From Longimicrobiales bacterium (GTDB taxonomy: Bacteria; Gemmatimonadota; Gemmatimonadetes; Longimicrobiales; Gaopeijiaceae): 64,000 nt of DNA. The translations under genes and the position numbers were made by a program. Position 1 is the stretch's first letter; every line of letters starts with the position of its first letter. Shown here in pieces: positions 36,570 through 45,946 of this stretch. The stretch covers positions 544,001 through 608,000 of the forward strand of contig OZ252251.1 in the NCBI GenBank assembly GCA_965249725.1. The letters are read 5' to 3'. The notes beneath the pieces are model-generated. The model was not told the DNA's origin, did no database searches, and was given only the letters and a program-made list of their open reading frames with translations.

Positions 36570-37502
36570 ATGAGCCTCATGCAGCTTCAAGGTGTTCTTC
36601 CCATCCTCCCCACCCCCTTTACGGACCAAGGAGTCGTAGACGAGGGCAGCCTCCGGCGTGTCATCGACTACGAGCTGGCAGTCGGTGCGCACGGTGTCAG
36701 CGTTCTCGGATTCATGGGCGAGGCACACCGGTTGTCCAACGCGGAGCGGAAGCAGGTCGTGCTGACCGCGGTGGACCAGGCGGCCGGAGCCTTCCCGACG
36801 TGGGTGGGGGTCTTGGCGTTCGGAGCCGCGGGGGCCATCGAGCAGGGCCGTGAGGCGCAGGAGCTCGGCGCAAAGGGCGTGTTCGTCGCCCCGATCGGGG
36901 TCCAGAACGACCAGGTGATCTTCGACTACTACGCCTCGGTCGCCGAGGCCCTTGATATCCCGGTCGCGATCCACGACTTCCCGGAGTCGTTCCGGACCAT
37001 CCTGTCGCCGGAGTTGATCGCCCGCATGGCGAACGAGATCGACGGGGTCAGCTACATCAAGTTGGAGGACTATCCGCCCCTCGCGAAGATGAGCCGTGTG
37101 CAGAAGCTGGCGCCCGACACCATGGGGATCTTCGGAGGCCTGGGCGGCGTGTACTTCCTCGAGGAGCTCCAGCGCGGATCCAGGGGAGTCATGACCGGGT
37201 TCGCGTTCCCCGAGGTGCTCGTCGCTGTGTACGAGGCCTTCAGGGCGGGGGACCAGCCGAGGGCAGCGGCAATCTTCGACCGCTATGTGACGTTGATACG
37301 GTACGAGTTCCAGCCGAAGATCGGCCTCGGCTACCGGAAGTTCACGTTCCAGAAGCGTGGCATCATCGACTCGAGCTTCATCCGCCCCCCGGGCCTGCAG
37401 ATCGACGACTACACGCGCGCCGAGCTCATGGCCGTCATCGACCGAGTAGGATTCGACCTCGACCGGCGTGGACCTCAGCCGATCGAGTTCACCACAGACT
37501 GA
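36570..37502 (+). CDS. DapA-superfamily protein (paralog 3; resembles the 2-keto-3-deoxy-acid dehydratase-like subgroup)
   Basis: GVLPILPTPF, LGFMGEA, IHDFP, IKLEDYP, GGLGG, MTGFAFPE. Confidence 0.87.
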   Translation: MSLMQLQGVLPILPTPFTDQGVVDEGSLRRVIDYELAVGAHGVSVLGFMGEAHRLSNAERKQVVLTAVDQAAGAFPTWVGVLAFGAAGAIEQGREAQELGAKGVFVAPIGVQNDQVIFDYYASVAEALDIPVAIHDFPESFRTILSPELIARMANEIDGVSYIKLEDYPPLAKMSRVQKLAPDTMGIFGGLGGVYFLEELQRGSRGVMTGFAFPEVLVAVYEAFRAGDQPRAAAIFDRYVTLIRYEFQPKIGLGYRKFTFQKRGIIDSSFIRPPGLQIDDYTRAELMAVIDRVGFDLDRRGPQPIEFTTD

Positions 37503-37681
37503 GCAAGCTGCCTGAGAGGTACGCTCCAGGGCGAGATGCTGGACACACTTTCGGGGGAGTGGGAGCGCATCCGAGGAAGCGTGGGAGGCGACTGAGCGGT
37601 CTCCTTGCGACACCTGGCATCCTGGGCCAGGATCAGTCCAGACGGGCCGCCCAGAACGGTCCGAAGCCACCTGGAGCAACC

Positions 37682-39373
37682 ATGAGCAAAGATCCCTTTC
37701 GCGAGCTTCTACGGAGTCGGGGCGTCCTATACCCCGTGAACCACCCGCTGAGTCTCCCACTTCCACCCGGCCTCGGAGGGATCGGTCGCAGGGAGTTCGT
37801 CAAGATCGCCGGCGTTGCCGGTGCGGCGCTGGCCGTTGGAGGCGGGAGCTTCGGTTGCGAGCCGGGGGCACGTGTCACTGGAAGTGGACCGGCCCCTGAT
37901 CCCGCCGAGCGCGACCTGGCTCTCCTCGCCCTCGATGAGGCTCAGTCCGCAGGTGCCAGCTACGTGGACGTGCGCATCTCCCGACACTGGAACGAGTCGG
38001 TGAGTACACGTGAGCAGCAGATCACGAACGTCAGCAAGAGAGACTCGTACGGTATCGGCGTGCGCGCTCTCGTCGGAGGGTCCTGGGGATTCTCGGCCAC
38101 CCGAGACGTGAGTCGCAATGCTGTTGTGGCGGCGGCCCGTGAGGCGGCAGCGATCGCTGCCGCGAACAACCGCTTCGCCCCGAGCGAGACGGTTCTCGCC
38201 CCGGTGGACGCGGTGCCGGACGGGCGTTGGGTTACGCCGCACGAGATCGACCCGTTCGATGTCTCCGTCGAGGAGAAGGCGGCGCTCCTTTTCGAAGCGA
38301 ACGAAGAGGCGATGAGGGTCGCTGGCGTCCAGTTCGTGTCGTCCAACATCGGCTCGGTGAAGGAGAGTCGTCTGGTGGCCACGAGCGAGGGCTCGGTGAT
38401 CCAACAGACGTTCATCCGGATGAACCCGAGCATGAACATCACGGCGGTATCGTCGGATCGTTCGGATTTCCAGAGCCGTGGGGCCATCGCAGAGCCTGCA
38501 GGTCGAGGCTGGGAGTACGTCACAGGACTCGACTTTCCCGGGAACGCGCCTCGCTGGGCCGAGGAGGCGGTGATGAAGCTGACCGCCACACCGGTGGATC
38601 CCGGGACCTGGGATCTGGTGCTCGACCCGTCGAATCTGTGGCTCACCATCCACGAGAACATTGCCCACCCCACGGAGTTAGATCGCACGTTGGGGTACGA
38701 GGCGAACTATGCCGGCACGTCGTTCATCTTCCCGCCTGAGGAGATGCTCAACAATCTGCGTCTCGGCCCCGACTTCATGACCTTCATGGGCAACCGCACC
38801 GAAATCGGCGGATGCGCTACCGTCGGGTGGGACGACGAGGGCGTGGCGGCCACGGAATGGCCCATCATCGAGGACGGCATCTTCGTCAACTATCAGACCA
38901 CCCGTGAGCAGGCGGCCTGGATTTCAGAATACACGGGAATCACCGAGAGCCTCGGCGGAGCCTACGGCATGAATTGGGCGAGCATCCCCTTCCAGCGCAT
39001 GCCCAACGTAAGCTTGATGCCGGGCGAGGACGATCTCAGCCACGACGACGTCATCGCCGCCACGGACCGCGGCATCATGGTGGAGGGGCGCGGATCGTAT
39101 TCCATCGACCAGCAGCGCTACAACTTCCAGTTCGCGGGGCAGGTGTTCTGGGAGATCCGAGACGGCAAGAAGTACCGCATGCTGCGCGACGTGGCCTACC
39201 AGGGCCGCACCCCGGAGTTCTGGAACTCCCTCGATGTGATCGGGGGGCCGAGCACCTACTACCTGGGGGCCTCCTTCGGTGATGCGAAGGGCCAGCCCGG
39301 CCAATCCAACGCCGTATCCCACGGCTGCCCGACGGTCCTGTTCCGTGACGTGAATATTCTCAACACGGCCTGA
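37682..39373 (+). CDS. tldD: TldD family metalloprotease subunit with Tat/lipoprotein-like signal
   Basis: GRREFVK...GSFGC signal, GIGVRAL..GSWGF, HENIAH zinc motif, WDDEG, QRMPN, SIDQQRYNFQF, SHGCP. Confidence 0.9.
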   Translation: MSKDPFRELLRSRGVLYPVNHPLSLPLPPGLGGIGRREFVKIAGVAGAALAVGGGSFGCEPGARVTGSGPAPDPAERDLALLALDEAQSAGASYVDVRISRHWNESVSTREQQITNVSKRDSYGIGVRALVGGSWGFSATRDVSRNAVVAAAREAAAIAAANNRFAPSETVLAPVDAVPDGRWVTPHEIDPFDVSVEEKAALLFEANEEAMRVAGVQFVSSNIGSVKESRLVATSEGSVIQQTFIRMNPSMNITAVSSDRSDFQSRGAIAEPAGRGWEYVTGLDFPGNAPRWAEEAVMKLTATPVDPGTWDLVLDPSNLWLTIHENIAHPTELDRTLGYEANYAGTSFIFPPEEMLNNLRLGPDFMTFMGNRTEIGGCATVGWDDEGVAATEWPIIEDGIFVNYQTTREQAAWISEYTGITESLGGAYGMNWASIPFQRMPNVSLMPGEDDLSHDDVIAATDRGIMVEGRGSYSIDQQRYNFQFAGQVFWEIRDGKKYRMLRDVAYQGRTPEFWNSLDVIGGPSTYYLGASFGDAKGQPGQSNAVSHGCPTVLFRDVNILNTA

Positions 39374-39378
39374 CGACG

Positions 39379-40761
39379 ATGAGCACTAACGGATTCGCAA
39401 CCGCACAAGCGCCGGCGCAGCGCGGGCTCTCCACCGAAGACGCGCGTGAGCTCTGTAACCTCGTGCTCGGCTTCGCCCAGGCCGACCATACCCGAGTGAA
39501 CGTCAACTCGGGGTGGCGAGGCTTCACGCGCACGGCCACGAACAAGATCACCACGGCCGGCGGCAGCACGGATACCACGGTCCACATCACTTCTGTCTTC
39601 GGAAAGCGGGTCGCCCGGGTCACCACCAACAACCTGGACCCGGCCGGACTTGAACAGGCCGTGAGGGACGCGGAGGAGCTCGCACGCTTGTCGCCTGAGG
39701 ACCCCGACTACCTTCCGGAGCTCGGGCCGCAGGAGTACGAGACGGTGAACGGCTACTACGCGAGCACCGGTGACTTGCCGCCCGAGGCCCGGGCGCGGTC
39801 TATGTCGATGGCCTTGAGAGAAGCCACGGGTTCGGACACGATCGCAGCGGGATACATGGACGCGAGGGCGGGGACGACCACGGTCGCCACATCCAACGGC
39901 CTGTTCGCCCACCACCCGTCCACTGGGGTAGCGTCGACGCTGACCGTGAGGACGCCCGACGGCCAGTCATCCGGTTGGGCAGGGGACGAGGCGGCAGACT
40001 GGGGTCGAATCGAGTCGGAACGGATCTCGACGGTCGCGGTTCGGAAGTGCTTGGCTTGGCGCGGCAAGACCGCCCTCGACCCCGGGGAGTATGACGTCGT
40101 GTTGGAGCCGACCGCGGTCGGGATGCTGATGCGCAACATGCGTAACGCCTTCAACGCGCGCACGGCGGACGAGGGTCGATCGTACTTCTCGAAACAAGGT
40201 GGCGGCACGAAGGTCGGCGAGCGCGTGTTCGATCCCAAGATCACGATCCGGAGTGATCCGGCCGAACCGGACGCCGAGACGGCCCCGTTCACAGCAGACG
40301 GCTCCCCGGTGCACCCCGAGGTCTGGGTCGAATCGGGTGTCCTACGGTCACTGGCCTACAGTCGTTCGTGGGCCGACCGGCAAGGTAGAGAGCCCAAGCC
40401 CACACCTTCGAACCTGATCATGTCGGGCGGTGACGCCACGGTCGAGGAGATGATCGCGTCGATCCGGCGGGGTGTTCTGATCACACGCTTCTGGTACATC
40501 CGCGGGCTCAATCCCAGGACGATCTCCTACACGGGACTCACGCGCGACGGGACGTTCCTTATCGAGAACGGCCAGATCAGCCGGCCGGTCAACAACTTCC
40601 GGTTCAACCAGTCGATGGTGTCGTTGCTTCAGAACGTCGAGATGCTCGGTCGGCCCACACGCGTGGCGGCGGGGGAGAACAGTTCGGTGTCTGCGCCGAT
40701 CGTGGTACCGGCGCTCAAGGTGAGGGGCTTCAACCTCGCGAGTGTCAGCGACGCGATCTAG
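39379..40761 (+). CDS. TldE/PmbA family non-catalytic partner subunit
   Basis: Follows tldD by 5 bp; LDPGEYDVVLEPTAV, ITRFWYIR, TGLTRDGTFLIENG, NFRFNQS. No HExxxH motif. Confidence 0.9.
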   Translation: MSTNGFATAQAPAQRGLSTEDARELCNLVLGFAQADHTRVNVNSGWRGFTRTATNKITTAGGSTDTTVHITSVFGKRVARVTTNNLDPAGLEQAVRDAEELARLSPEDPDYLPELGPQEYETVNGYYASTGDLPPEARARSMSMALREATGSDTIAAGYMDARAGTTTVATSNGLFAHHPSTGVASTLTVRTPDGQSSGWAGDEAADWGRIESERISTVAVRKCLAWRGKTALDPGEYDVVLEPTAVGMLMRNMRNAFNARTADEGRSYFSKQGGGTKVGERVFDPKITIRSDPAEPDAETAPFTADGSPVHPEVWVESGVLRSLAYSRSWADRQGREPKPTPSNLIMSGGDATVEEMIASIRRGVLITRFWYIRGLNPRTISYTGLTRDGTFLIENGQISRPVNNFRFNQSMVSLLQNVEMLGRPTRVAAGENSSVSAPIVVPALKVRGFNLASVSDAI

Positions 40762-40831
40762 TGTGATAGACCGCGCTGGGAAGCGTATAGAGGAACGAGC
40801 AACACGGATTACCCCGTACCTGAGAACATAG

Positions 40832-41176
40832 ATGATGAGACTCTTTCTGATCGCAGCAGCGCTCGTGACGGCCGTGACGCCGGCCCAGGGCCAGGACATG
40901 TCCACCATGTCGGCCTCAGCATTCATGAGCGCGGACGTGGCGAAGCAATACGCCGTCATCGGTTACGTCATCGGCCGCTATGAGCTGGCGACGGACACCG
41001 AGGGGAAGGCTCTGGCAGAGTGCATCCAGGATTGGCTGGCGCGTCCGTCCGATGACGGGCTCTGGAGCCTGACCGAGTTCATGCACGCCGCCGCGACGCT
41101 CGCCGCCTTCGGAACGGAGAGCACGATGCCCATGGGAGAGGTGTTCGACCGGGCCCTACGGGCCGAGTGCGAGTGA
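40832..41176 (+). CDS. Small secreted hypothetical protein with two Cys
   Basis: Signal peptide MRLFLIAAALVTAVTPAQG|Q; codon use is typical; fills the gap between the tldE-like gene and apbE. Confidence 0.75.
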   Translation: MMRLFLIAAALVTAVTPAQGQDMSTMSASAFMSADVAKQYAVIGYVIGRYELATDTEGKALAECIQDWLARPSDDGLWSLTEFMHAAATLAAFGTESTMPMGEVFDRALRAECE

Positions 41177-41184
41177 ACTATGTG

Positions 41185-42273
41185 TTACGGGTCGAGAGGC
41201 TCGAGTAGGCGGTCGTGAAGTGCTCGTGACCGGGACTCCGTCAGCCCCGATTCCCCTTGCCGCACGAAAATCACACCAAGGTCGAGTTCGTCGGCGAGGG
41301 TCTCGCCCCGCTCGGGGCCCAGGACGGTCATGGCTGTGGCCCAGGCGTCCGCCAGGACCGCCCGCTCATGAACGACAGTGACGGCGGCCCCCATGTAGGG
41401 TAGCGGACGCCCCGTCCGGGGATCGATGATGTGGGAGTAACGGTTGCCTGAAGCGTCCCAGAAGTTGCGGTAGTCACCCGACGTGGCGACGGACTCGTCA
41501 TCCAACTCCATTGTGGCGTACAGGCTGCGGGCGTCCGGTAAAGGCGCCTCGACCCCGACCACCCAATCCACCCCGCCCGGCTTCTCGCCGGAGGCTCGCA
41601 GCTCTCCCCCCACCTCCACCATGAAGTCGCGGAAGCCCTGCTCGACCAGCACGTCGGCCAAGCCATCGACCGCGTATCCCTTTGCGATGGCGGACAGGTC
41701 GGCCACGACTTCCGGATCGCCCTTTATCAGACTCGAGTTCGCGGAGTCGATCATGATCTTCCCGAAACCCACGTGCCTAAGGAGCTCTTCGAGATGGCGG
41801 TCCTCAGGGATCGTTTCGGGGCTGCCGTCCGGACCGAAGCCCCACGCGTCGACGAGAGGCCCGACCGTGACGTCGAACGCACCATCGCTCGCAACGCTCA
41901 CCTCCTCAGCGAGCAGGAAGACCTCGAGTACACCGGGTGAGACTCGGAAGGGTTCCGTGCTCTCATGTCGGTTGAAGCGCGACAGCTCCGAGTCCGGTTC
42001 GTACGTGGACATCGCCCCGTCGACTTCAGCGAGCCATGCGTCCACGGCGAGCTGGACATTCCAATACCGATCCGCCGTCAGGTCGCGTGCCACGAATTTG
42101 ACGGAGTAGAGAGTCCCCATCGTCGTACCGCTCAGCTCTTGCACGATCCATTGGCCTTGTGTGCGTCGTCCGAGCACAACCGCCGTGGCAATGATCAACG
42201 CCAACAGCGCGAGGGATGCTCGGTTCCTGGAGCGTACGGGTGGGCCGCCGACGTGTGGCGTCTCAGGATTCAT
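41185..42273 (-). CDS. apbE: FAD:protein FMN transferase
   Basis: GTTMGT, MSTYEPDSELSRFN, GAFDVTVGPLV..WGF, DLSAIAKGYAVD, ATSGDYRN, HIIDPRTG, ADAWATA. Confidence 0.93.
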   Translation of the reverse strand: MNPETPHVGGPPVRSRNRASLALLALIIATAVVLGRRTQGQWIVQELSGTTMGTLYSVKFVARDLTADRYWNVQLAVDAWLAEVDGAMSTYEPDSELSRFNRHESTEPFRVSPGVLEVFLLAEEVSVASDGAFDVTVGPLVDAWGFGPDGSPETIPEDRHLEELLRHVGFGKIMIDSANSSLIKGDPEVVADLSAIAKGYAVDGLADVLVEQGFRDFMVEVGGELRASGEKPGGVDWVVGVEAPLPDARSLYATMELDDESVATSGDYRNFWDASGNRYSHIIDPRTGRPLPYMGAAVTVVHERAVLADAWATAMTVLGPERGETLADELDLGVIFVRQGESGLTESRSRALHDRLLEPLDP

Positions 42274-42358
42274 GAAGTAAGCATGGTGGGCCGGTGACGC
42301 ATGATCAACTTCCGGGGACTGGACCCGCCGCCGCCGATATCGTTTAGATTCTTCCCCT

Positions 42359-44335
42359 ATGATCTCCGTATCCAATCTCGAGAAGTCGTTCGGCGACCGG
42401 ATTCTGTTCGCGCGCGCGTCGTTTCAGCTCAATCCCGGGGAGTCTTACGGGCTGGTGGGCGCCAACGGCTCGGGCAAGTCCACGCTCCTCAACATCCTGA
42501 CCGGCGACCTGGAAGCGACCGACGGAACGATCTCGATTCCCAAGCGTGCCCGGCTAGGGGTTCTGCGTCAGGACCAGTTCCTGTACGAGGAGCAGGAGAT
42601 TCTCGGGGTGGCATTGATGGGCAATCCCGAGCTTTGGGATGCGATGGTCGAGAAGGAGGCTCTGTTGGCCAAGGCCGAGGAGCACTTCGACGCGGATCGC
42701 TTCTCCGAGCTCGAGGAGATCGTTCAGTTGCACGACGGATACACGGCGGAGGCACGAGCCGCCACGATCCTTGAGGGACTGGGTCTGCCCGCACACGTGC
42801 ATCGCCAGCCGCTATCGACCCTATCCGGCGGCTTCAAGCTCCGTGTCCTGTTGGCCCAGGTGCTGGCCAGCGCCCCCGACGCCCTTCTTCTCGACGAGCC
42901 CACGAACCACCTCGACATCCTCTCGATTCGGTGGCTCGAGATGTTCCTTCGCGACTTCTCCGGGCCGTTGGTCGTCATCTCCCATGACCATCGGTTCTTG
43001 GACAACATCTCGACCCACATCCTCGATGTGGACTACGAGACCGTGACGCTCTACCACGGGAACTACAACGCCTTTTTGCAGGCGAAGCAGTCGGAGAGGG
43101 AGCGTCGAGGCAAAGACATCGCGGCTCGGGAGCGAGAGATCGCTCATCACCAGAAGTTCGTAGACAAGTTCCGGGCCAAGGCGAGCAAGGCACGTCAGGC
43201 GCAAAGCAGGGTCCGCATGATCGAGAAGAAGGCGGACGCCCTCGACGAGTTGCCGCAGAGCTCTCGGCGCTACCCCACCTTCCGATTCGAGCAGGTACGC
43301 GACAGCGGGAGGGACGTCATTCAGATCAAAGGCGTCAAGAAGGCGTTCGGCGACAACGAAGTATTGCACGGCGTCGACCTCGTCGTGAACCGAGGCGATC
43401 GGTTGGCCATCATGGGGCCCAACGGCATCGGGAAGTCCACCCTCTTGAAGATCGTCGTGGGTGATCTCGAGGCCGATGGCGGTGAGGTGGTCTGGGGCTA
43501 TGAGACCCACCCCGGATACTTCGCACAGGATCACCACGAGCAGTTCGAGTCCCCGACTCGCACGGCGGAGGAGTGGGTGTGGGATTTCTGCCCCGACAAG
43601 GATATCGGCTACGTTCGGGCCCGCATGGGCATGATGCTCTTCTCGGGCGATGACGGGAAGAAGCGCCTGAGCGCTCTCTCGGGTGGAGAGGCGGCACGTC
43701 TGGTTTTCAGCCGCCTCGCGATCGAGCGGCCGAACGTGCTCGTGTTGGACGAGCCGACGAACCACCTGGATCTCGAGTCTATCGAGGCGCTCGTGGAGGG
43801 CCTCAGGGACTTCGAGGGAACGCTGCTGCTGGTATCACACGACCGCTGGTTCGTGAGCCAGCTCGCGACACGCGTGGTCGAAGTGAAGCCCGATGACATC
43901 GTCGACTATCTGGGCACCTATGAGGAATACGTGCACTTCTGCGGTGACGATCACCTCGATGCCGACCGCGTCATACTCAAGGCCAAGCGCGAGAAGAATA
44001 AGGGGCAAGCCGACGACTCGTCGACGGCGGGAAAGGCCCGTCGGAAGTCGAGGACGGCGGGGGATCGCGCGAAGCGCGAGACGGGTGGAGGGAACAACAA
44101 GGCCGACCTCGGCCGGTTGCAGAAGACACTCGACGGCCTGATGGAACGTATCGACGCCGCGGAAGCTCGGGTTCGCGCGATCGACGAGATGTTCTGTGAG
44201 CCCGACTACTACGAGACTACCGCGGCCGAGGATGTGCGGGCTCTGGAAGACGAACGGTCGCGGTCGCAGGATGAGGTCGCCGGGCTCACGGCTCAGTGGG
44301 AACAGACCGAGGAGAAGATGAGTTCGCTGCGTTGA
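42359..44335 (+). CDS. ABC-F family ATPase (YbiT/YheS-like) with C-terminal coiled coil
   Basis: Two NBDs (GANGSGKST, GPNGIGKST), LSGG twice, LDEPTNHLD twice, no TM segments. Confidence 0.95.
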   Translation: MISVSNLEKSFGDRILFARASFQLNPGESYGLVGANGSGKSTLLNILTGDLEATDGTISIPKRARLGVLRQDQFLYEEQEILGVALMGNPELWDAMVEKEALLAKAEEHFDADRFSELEEIVQLHDGYTAEARAATILEGLGLPAHVHRQPLSTLSGGFKLRVLLAQVLASAPDALLLDEPTNHLDILSIRWLEMFLRDFSGPLVVISHDHRFLDNISTHILDVDYETVTLYHGNYNAFLQAKQSERERRGKDIAAREREIAHHQKFVDKFRAKASKARQAQSRVRMIEKKADALDELPQSSRRYPTFRFEQVRDSGRDVIQIKGVKKAFGDNEVLHGVDLVVNRGDRLAIMGPNGIGKSTLLKIVVGDLEADGGEVVWGYETHPGYFAQDHHEQFESPTRTAEEWVWDFCPDKDIGYVRARMGMMLFSGDDGKKRLSALSGGEAARLVFSRLAIERPNVLVLDEPTNHLDLESIEALVEGLRDFEGTLLLVSHDRWFVSQLATRVVEVKPDDIVDYLGTYEEYVHFCGDDHLDADRVILKAKREKNKGQADDSSTAGKARRKSRTAGDRAKRETGGGNNKADLGRLQKTLDGLMERIDAAEARVRAIDEMFCEPDYYETTAAEDVRALEDERSRSQDEVAGLTAQWEQTEEKMSSLR

Positions 44336-44471
44336 CTCCCCCAATCCACCTCGCGTAACCCCCGGCGCCAAGCCGACGTAAAATCTGCGGTCGAGAGGGA
44401 TTGTGCGTTATCGACGCCGACCCTCTATTCTCCGTCATTCGATGGTCCCTTGTTGAGGAGGTACGAACGCA

Positions 44472-44888
44472 ATGAGGCGAAGACGCCCGACGCGACTCTC
44501 GGCGCCAGTCATCATTGTTGGCGTTCTTCTTTCCGTATCCTGCGGAGTCGACACCGAGTCGAACGCCTTCAACGGCCCTAGCGGTCCGTCGAACGGATGT
44601 ACGGGTTGTCAGGACGTGATCGCGGTACGAGTGAACCCTCCGAGCGCGACCATTCTCGTCAACGAGACGCTCCAGCTCGTCGGTGAGGCCGTCAACTCCC
44701 AGGGTCAGGTGCTGACCGGACGGACCATCGCGTGGCTGTCTTCCGACGAGGACGTCGCCAAGATGGCGTCCGATGGTATCCTGACCGGCCTCGCCATCGG
44801 TTCCGTCACCATCACGGGTTCGACGGGTGGAGTATCTGGTACCGCCGCCATCACCGTGAACGCTGCCGGGGCTCCCGCAGGGAATTGA
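44472..44888 (+). CDS. Lipoprotein with a single bacterial Ig-like (Big_2) domain, possibly truncated
   Basis: LSVSC lipobox; VRVNPPSATILVNETLQL...WLSSDEDVAKM..DGILTGLAIGSVTITG...ITV. Confidence 0.8.
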   Translation: MRRRRPTRLSAPVIIVGVLLSVSCGVDTESNAFNGPSGPSNGCTGCQDVIAVRVNPPSATILVNETLQLVGEAVNSQGQVLTGRTIAWLSSDEDVAKMASDGILTGLAIGSVTITGSTGGVSGTAAITVNAAGAPAGN

Positions 44889-45439
44889 TCCGAGAAACCT
44901 GGCCCTGGTGGGTTGGCGGACCTCTGATCGGGCTTGTGGTCCCGATCGTCTACCTGTACGGCGCGAAGAAATGGGGCGTGTCGTCGACCCTGCGTCACAT
45001 GTGCGCCGCCACGGTGCCCGCCGGGCTCGAGTACTTCCGGTACGACTGGCGCTCCCGGGGCGGCTGGCAGCTCCTGATGGCTCTGGGGATGGTAATTGGC
45101 GCGGTGATCGCGACTGCCTTCCTAGCGTCCCCCGATCCGGTCCTGCCCATTTCCGAGCGTACGTGGGTGGCACTCGCGGAGTTGGGTCTGGAGGATCGCG
45201 AAGGCCTGGTACCGTCTTCGATCTTCTCCTGGAGCGGGCTGGCGACGGTCCCGGGCTTCGTCCTCATCGTGGCAGGGGGATTCCTGGTCGGGTTCGGAGC
45301 GCGGTATGCCAACGGTTGCACGTCAGGGCACGCCATCTCGGGACTGTCGAACCTCCAACGATCGTCTCTCGTGGCGGTCATCGGCTTCTTCGTGGGTGGG
45401 CTCATCGTGACCCACTTTCTCCTCCCACTGATTCTCTGA
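44885..45439 (+). CDS. YeeE/YedE family sulfur-compound transporter half (first gene)
   Basis: WPWWVGGPLIG, GVSSTLRHMCA, GGFLVGFGARYANGCTSGHAISGLS. TTG start inferred at 44885. Confidence 0.88.
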   Translation: MIRETWPWWVGGPLIGLVVPIVYLYGAKKWGVSSTLRHMCAATVPAGLEYFRYDWRSRGGWQLLMALGMVIGAVIATAFLASPDPVLPISERTWVALAELGLEDREGLVPSSIFSWSGLATVPGFVLIVAGGFLVGFGARYANGCTSGHAISGLSNLQRSSLVAVIGFFVGGLIVTHFLLPLIL

Positions 45440-45442
45440 CCT

Positions 45443-45892
45443 GTGCAAGAAGAGACTCTCAGTAGATCCGAGCCCGTAGGGCCCTACCTCCTCTTGGGCG
45501 TTTACCTCGGGATCGTGTTCGTGAAGACCGAAGTAGTCTCCTGGTTCAGGATCCAGGAGATGTTTCGCTTCCACTCGTTCCACATGTACGGGATCATCGG
45601 GGGTGCGGTGGCCGTTGGCGCGATCGGAATCTTCTTGATCAAGAAGACCCAGGTGCGCACGCTGACGGGACGACCGATCGTGTTTCCCACCCCCGCCGAC
45701 AGCCGGCCGGGGCCGCAGCATTGGATCGGGGGTACGCTCTTCGGGCTGGGTTGGGGGCTGCTCGGTGCCTGCCCGGGCCCGATCTACGCTCTGATCGGAG
45801 CCGGCGTGTGGGTTATGCTGGTCGGGCTCCTCGCGGCACTTACCGGCGCGTGGGTCTATGGCCTGCTACGTCCCAGGCTGCCTCACAGCTAG
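45443..45892 (+). CDS. YeeE/YedE family partner membrane protein (second gene)
   Basis: SWFRIQEMFRF..FHMYGIIG, GGTLFGLGWGLLGACPGP. Confidence 0.88.
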   Translation: MQEETLSRSEPVGPYLLLGVYLGIVFVKTEVVSWFRIQEMFRFHSFHMYGIIGGAVAVGAIGIFLIKKTQVRTLTGRPIVFPTPADSRPGPQHWIGGTLFGLGWGLLGACPGPIYALIGAGVWVMLVGLLAALTGAWVYGLLRPRLPHS

Positions 45893-45946
45893 GACCTGCC
45901 CCGCCAGTTGGGAACAGACTCCGCCAGCTAGGGCCTCCCGCGCGAG

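Noticed and set aside
37682..41176. RiPP cluster around TldD/E
   Set aside because: No YcaO, radical SAM, lanthipeptide enzyme or precursor-like peptide is nearby.
41185..42273. ApbE-linked extracellular electron-transfer module
   Set aside because: I saw no exported protein with a D-x-x-[ST]-G-A-[ST] flavinylation motif and no nqr, rnf or nos genes in the window.
45881..45940. Degenerate 20-bp repeats after the yeeE pair (and a 13-bp repeat near 47508-47534) as a CRISPR or REP array
   Set aside because: Only 2-3 poorly conserved adjacent units, no spacers and no cas genes.
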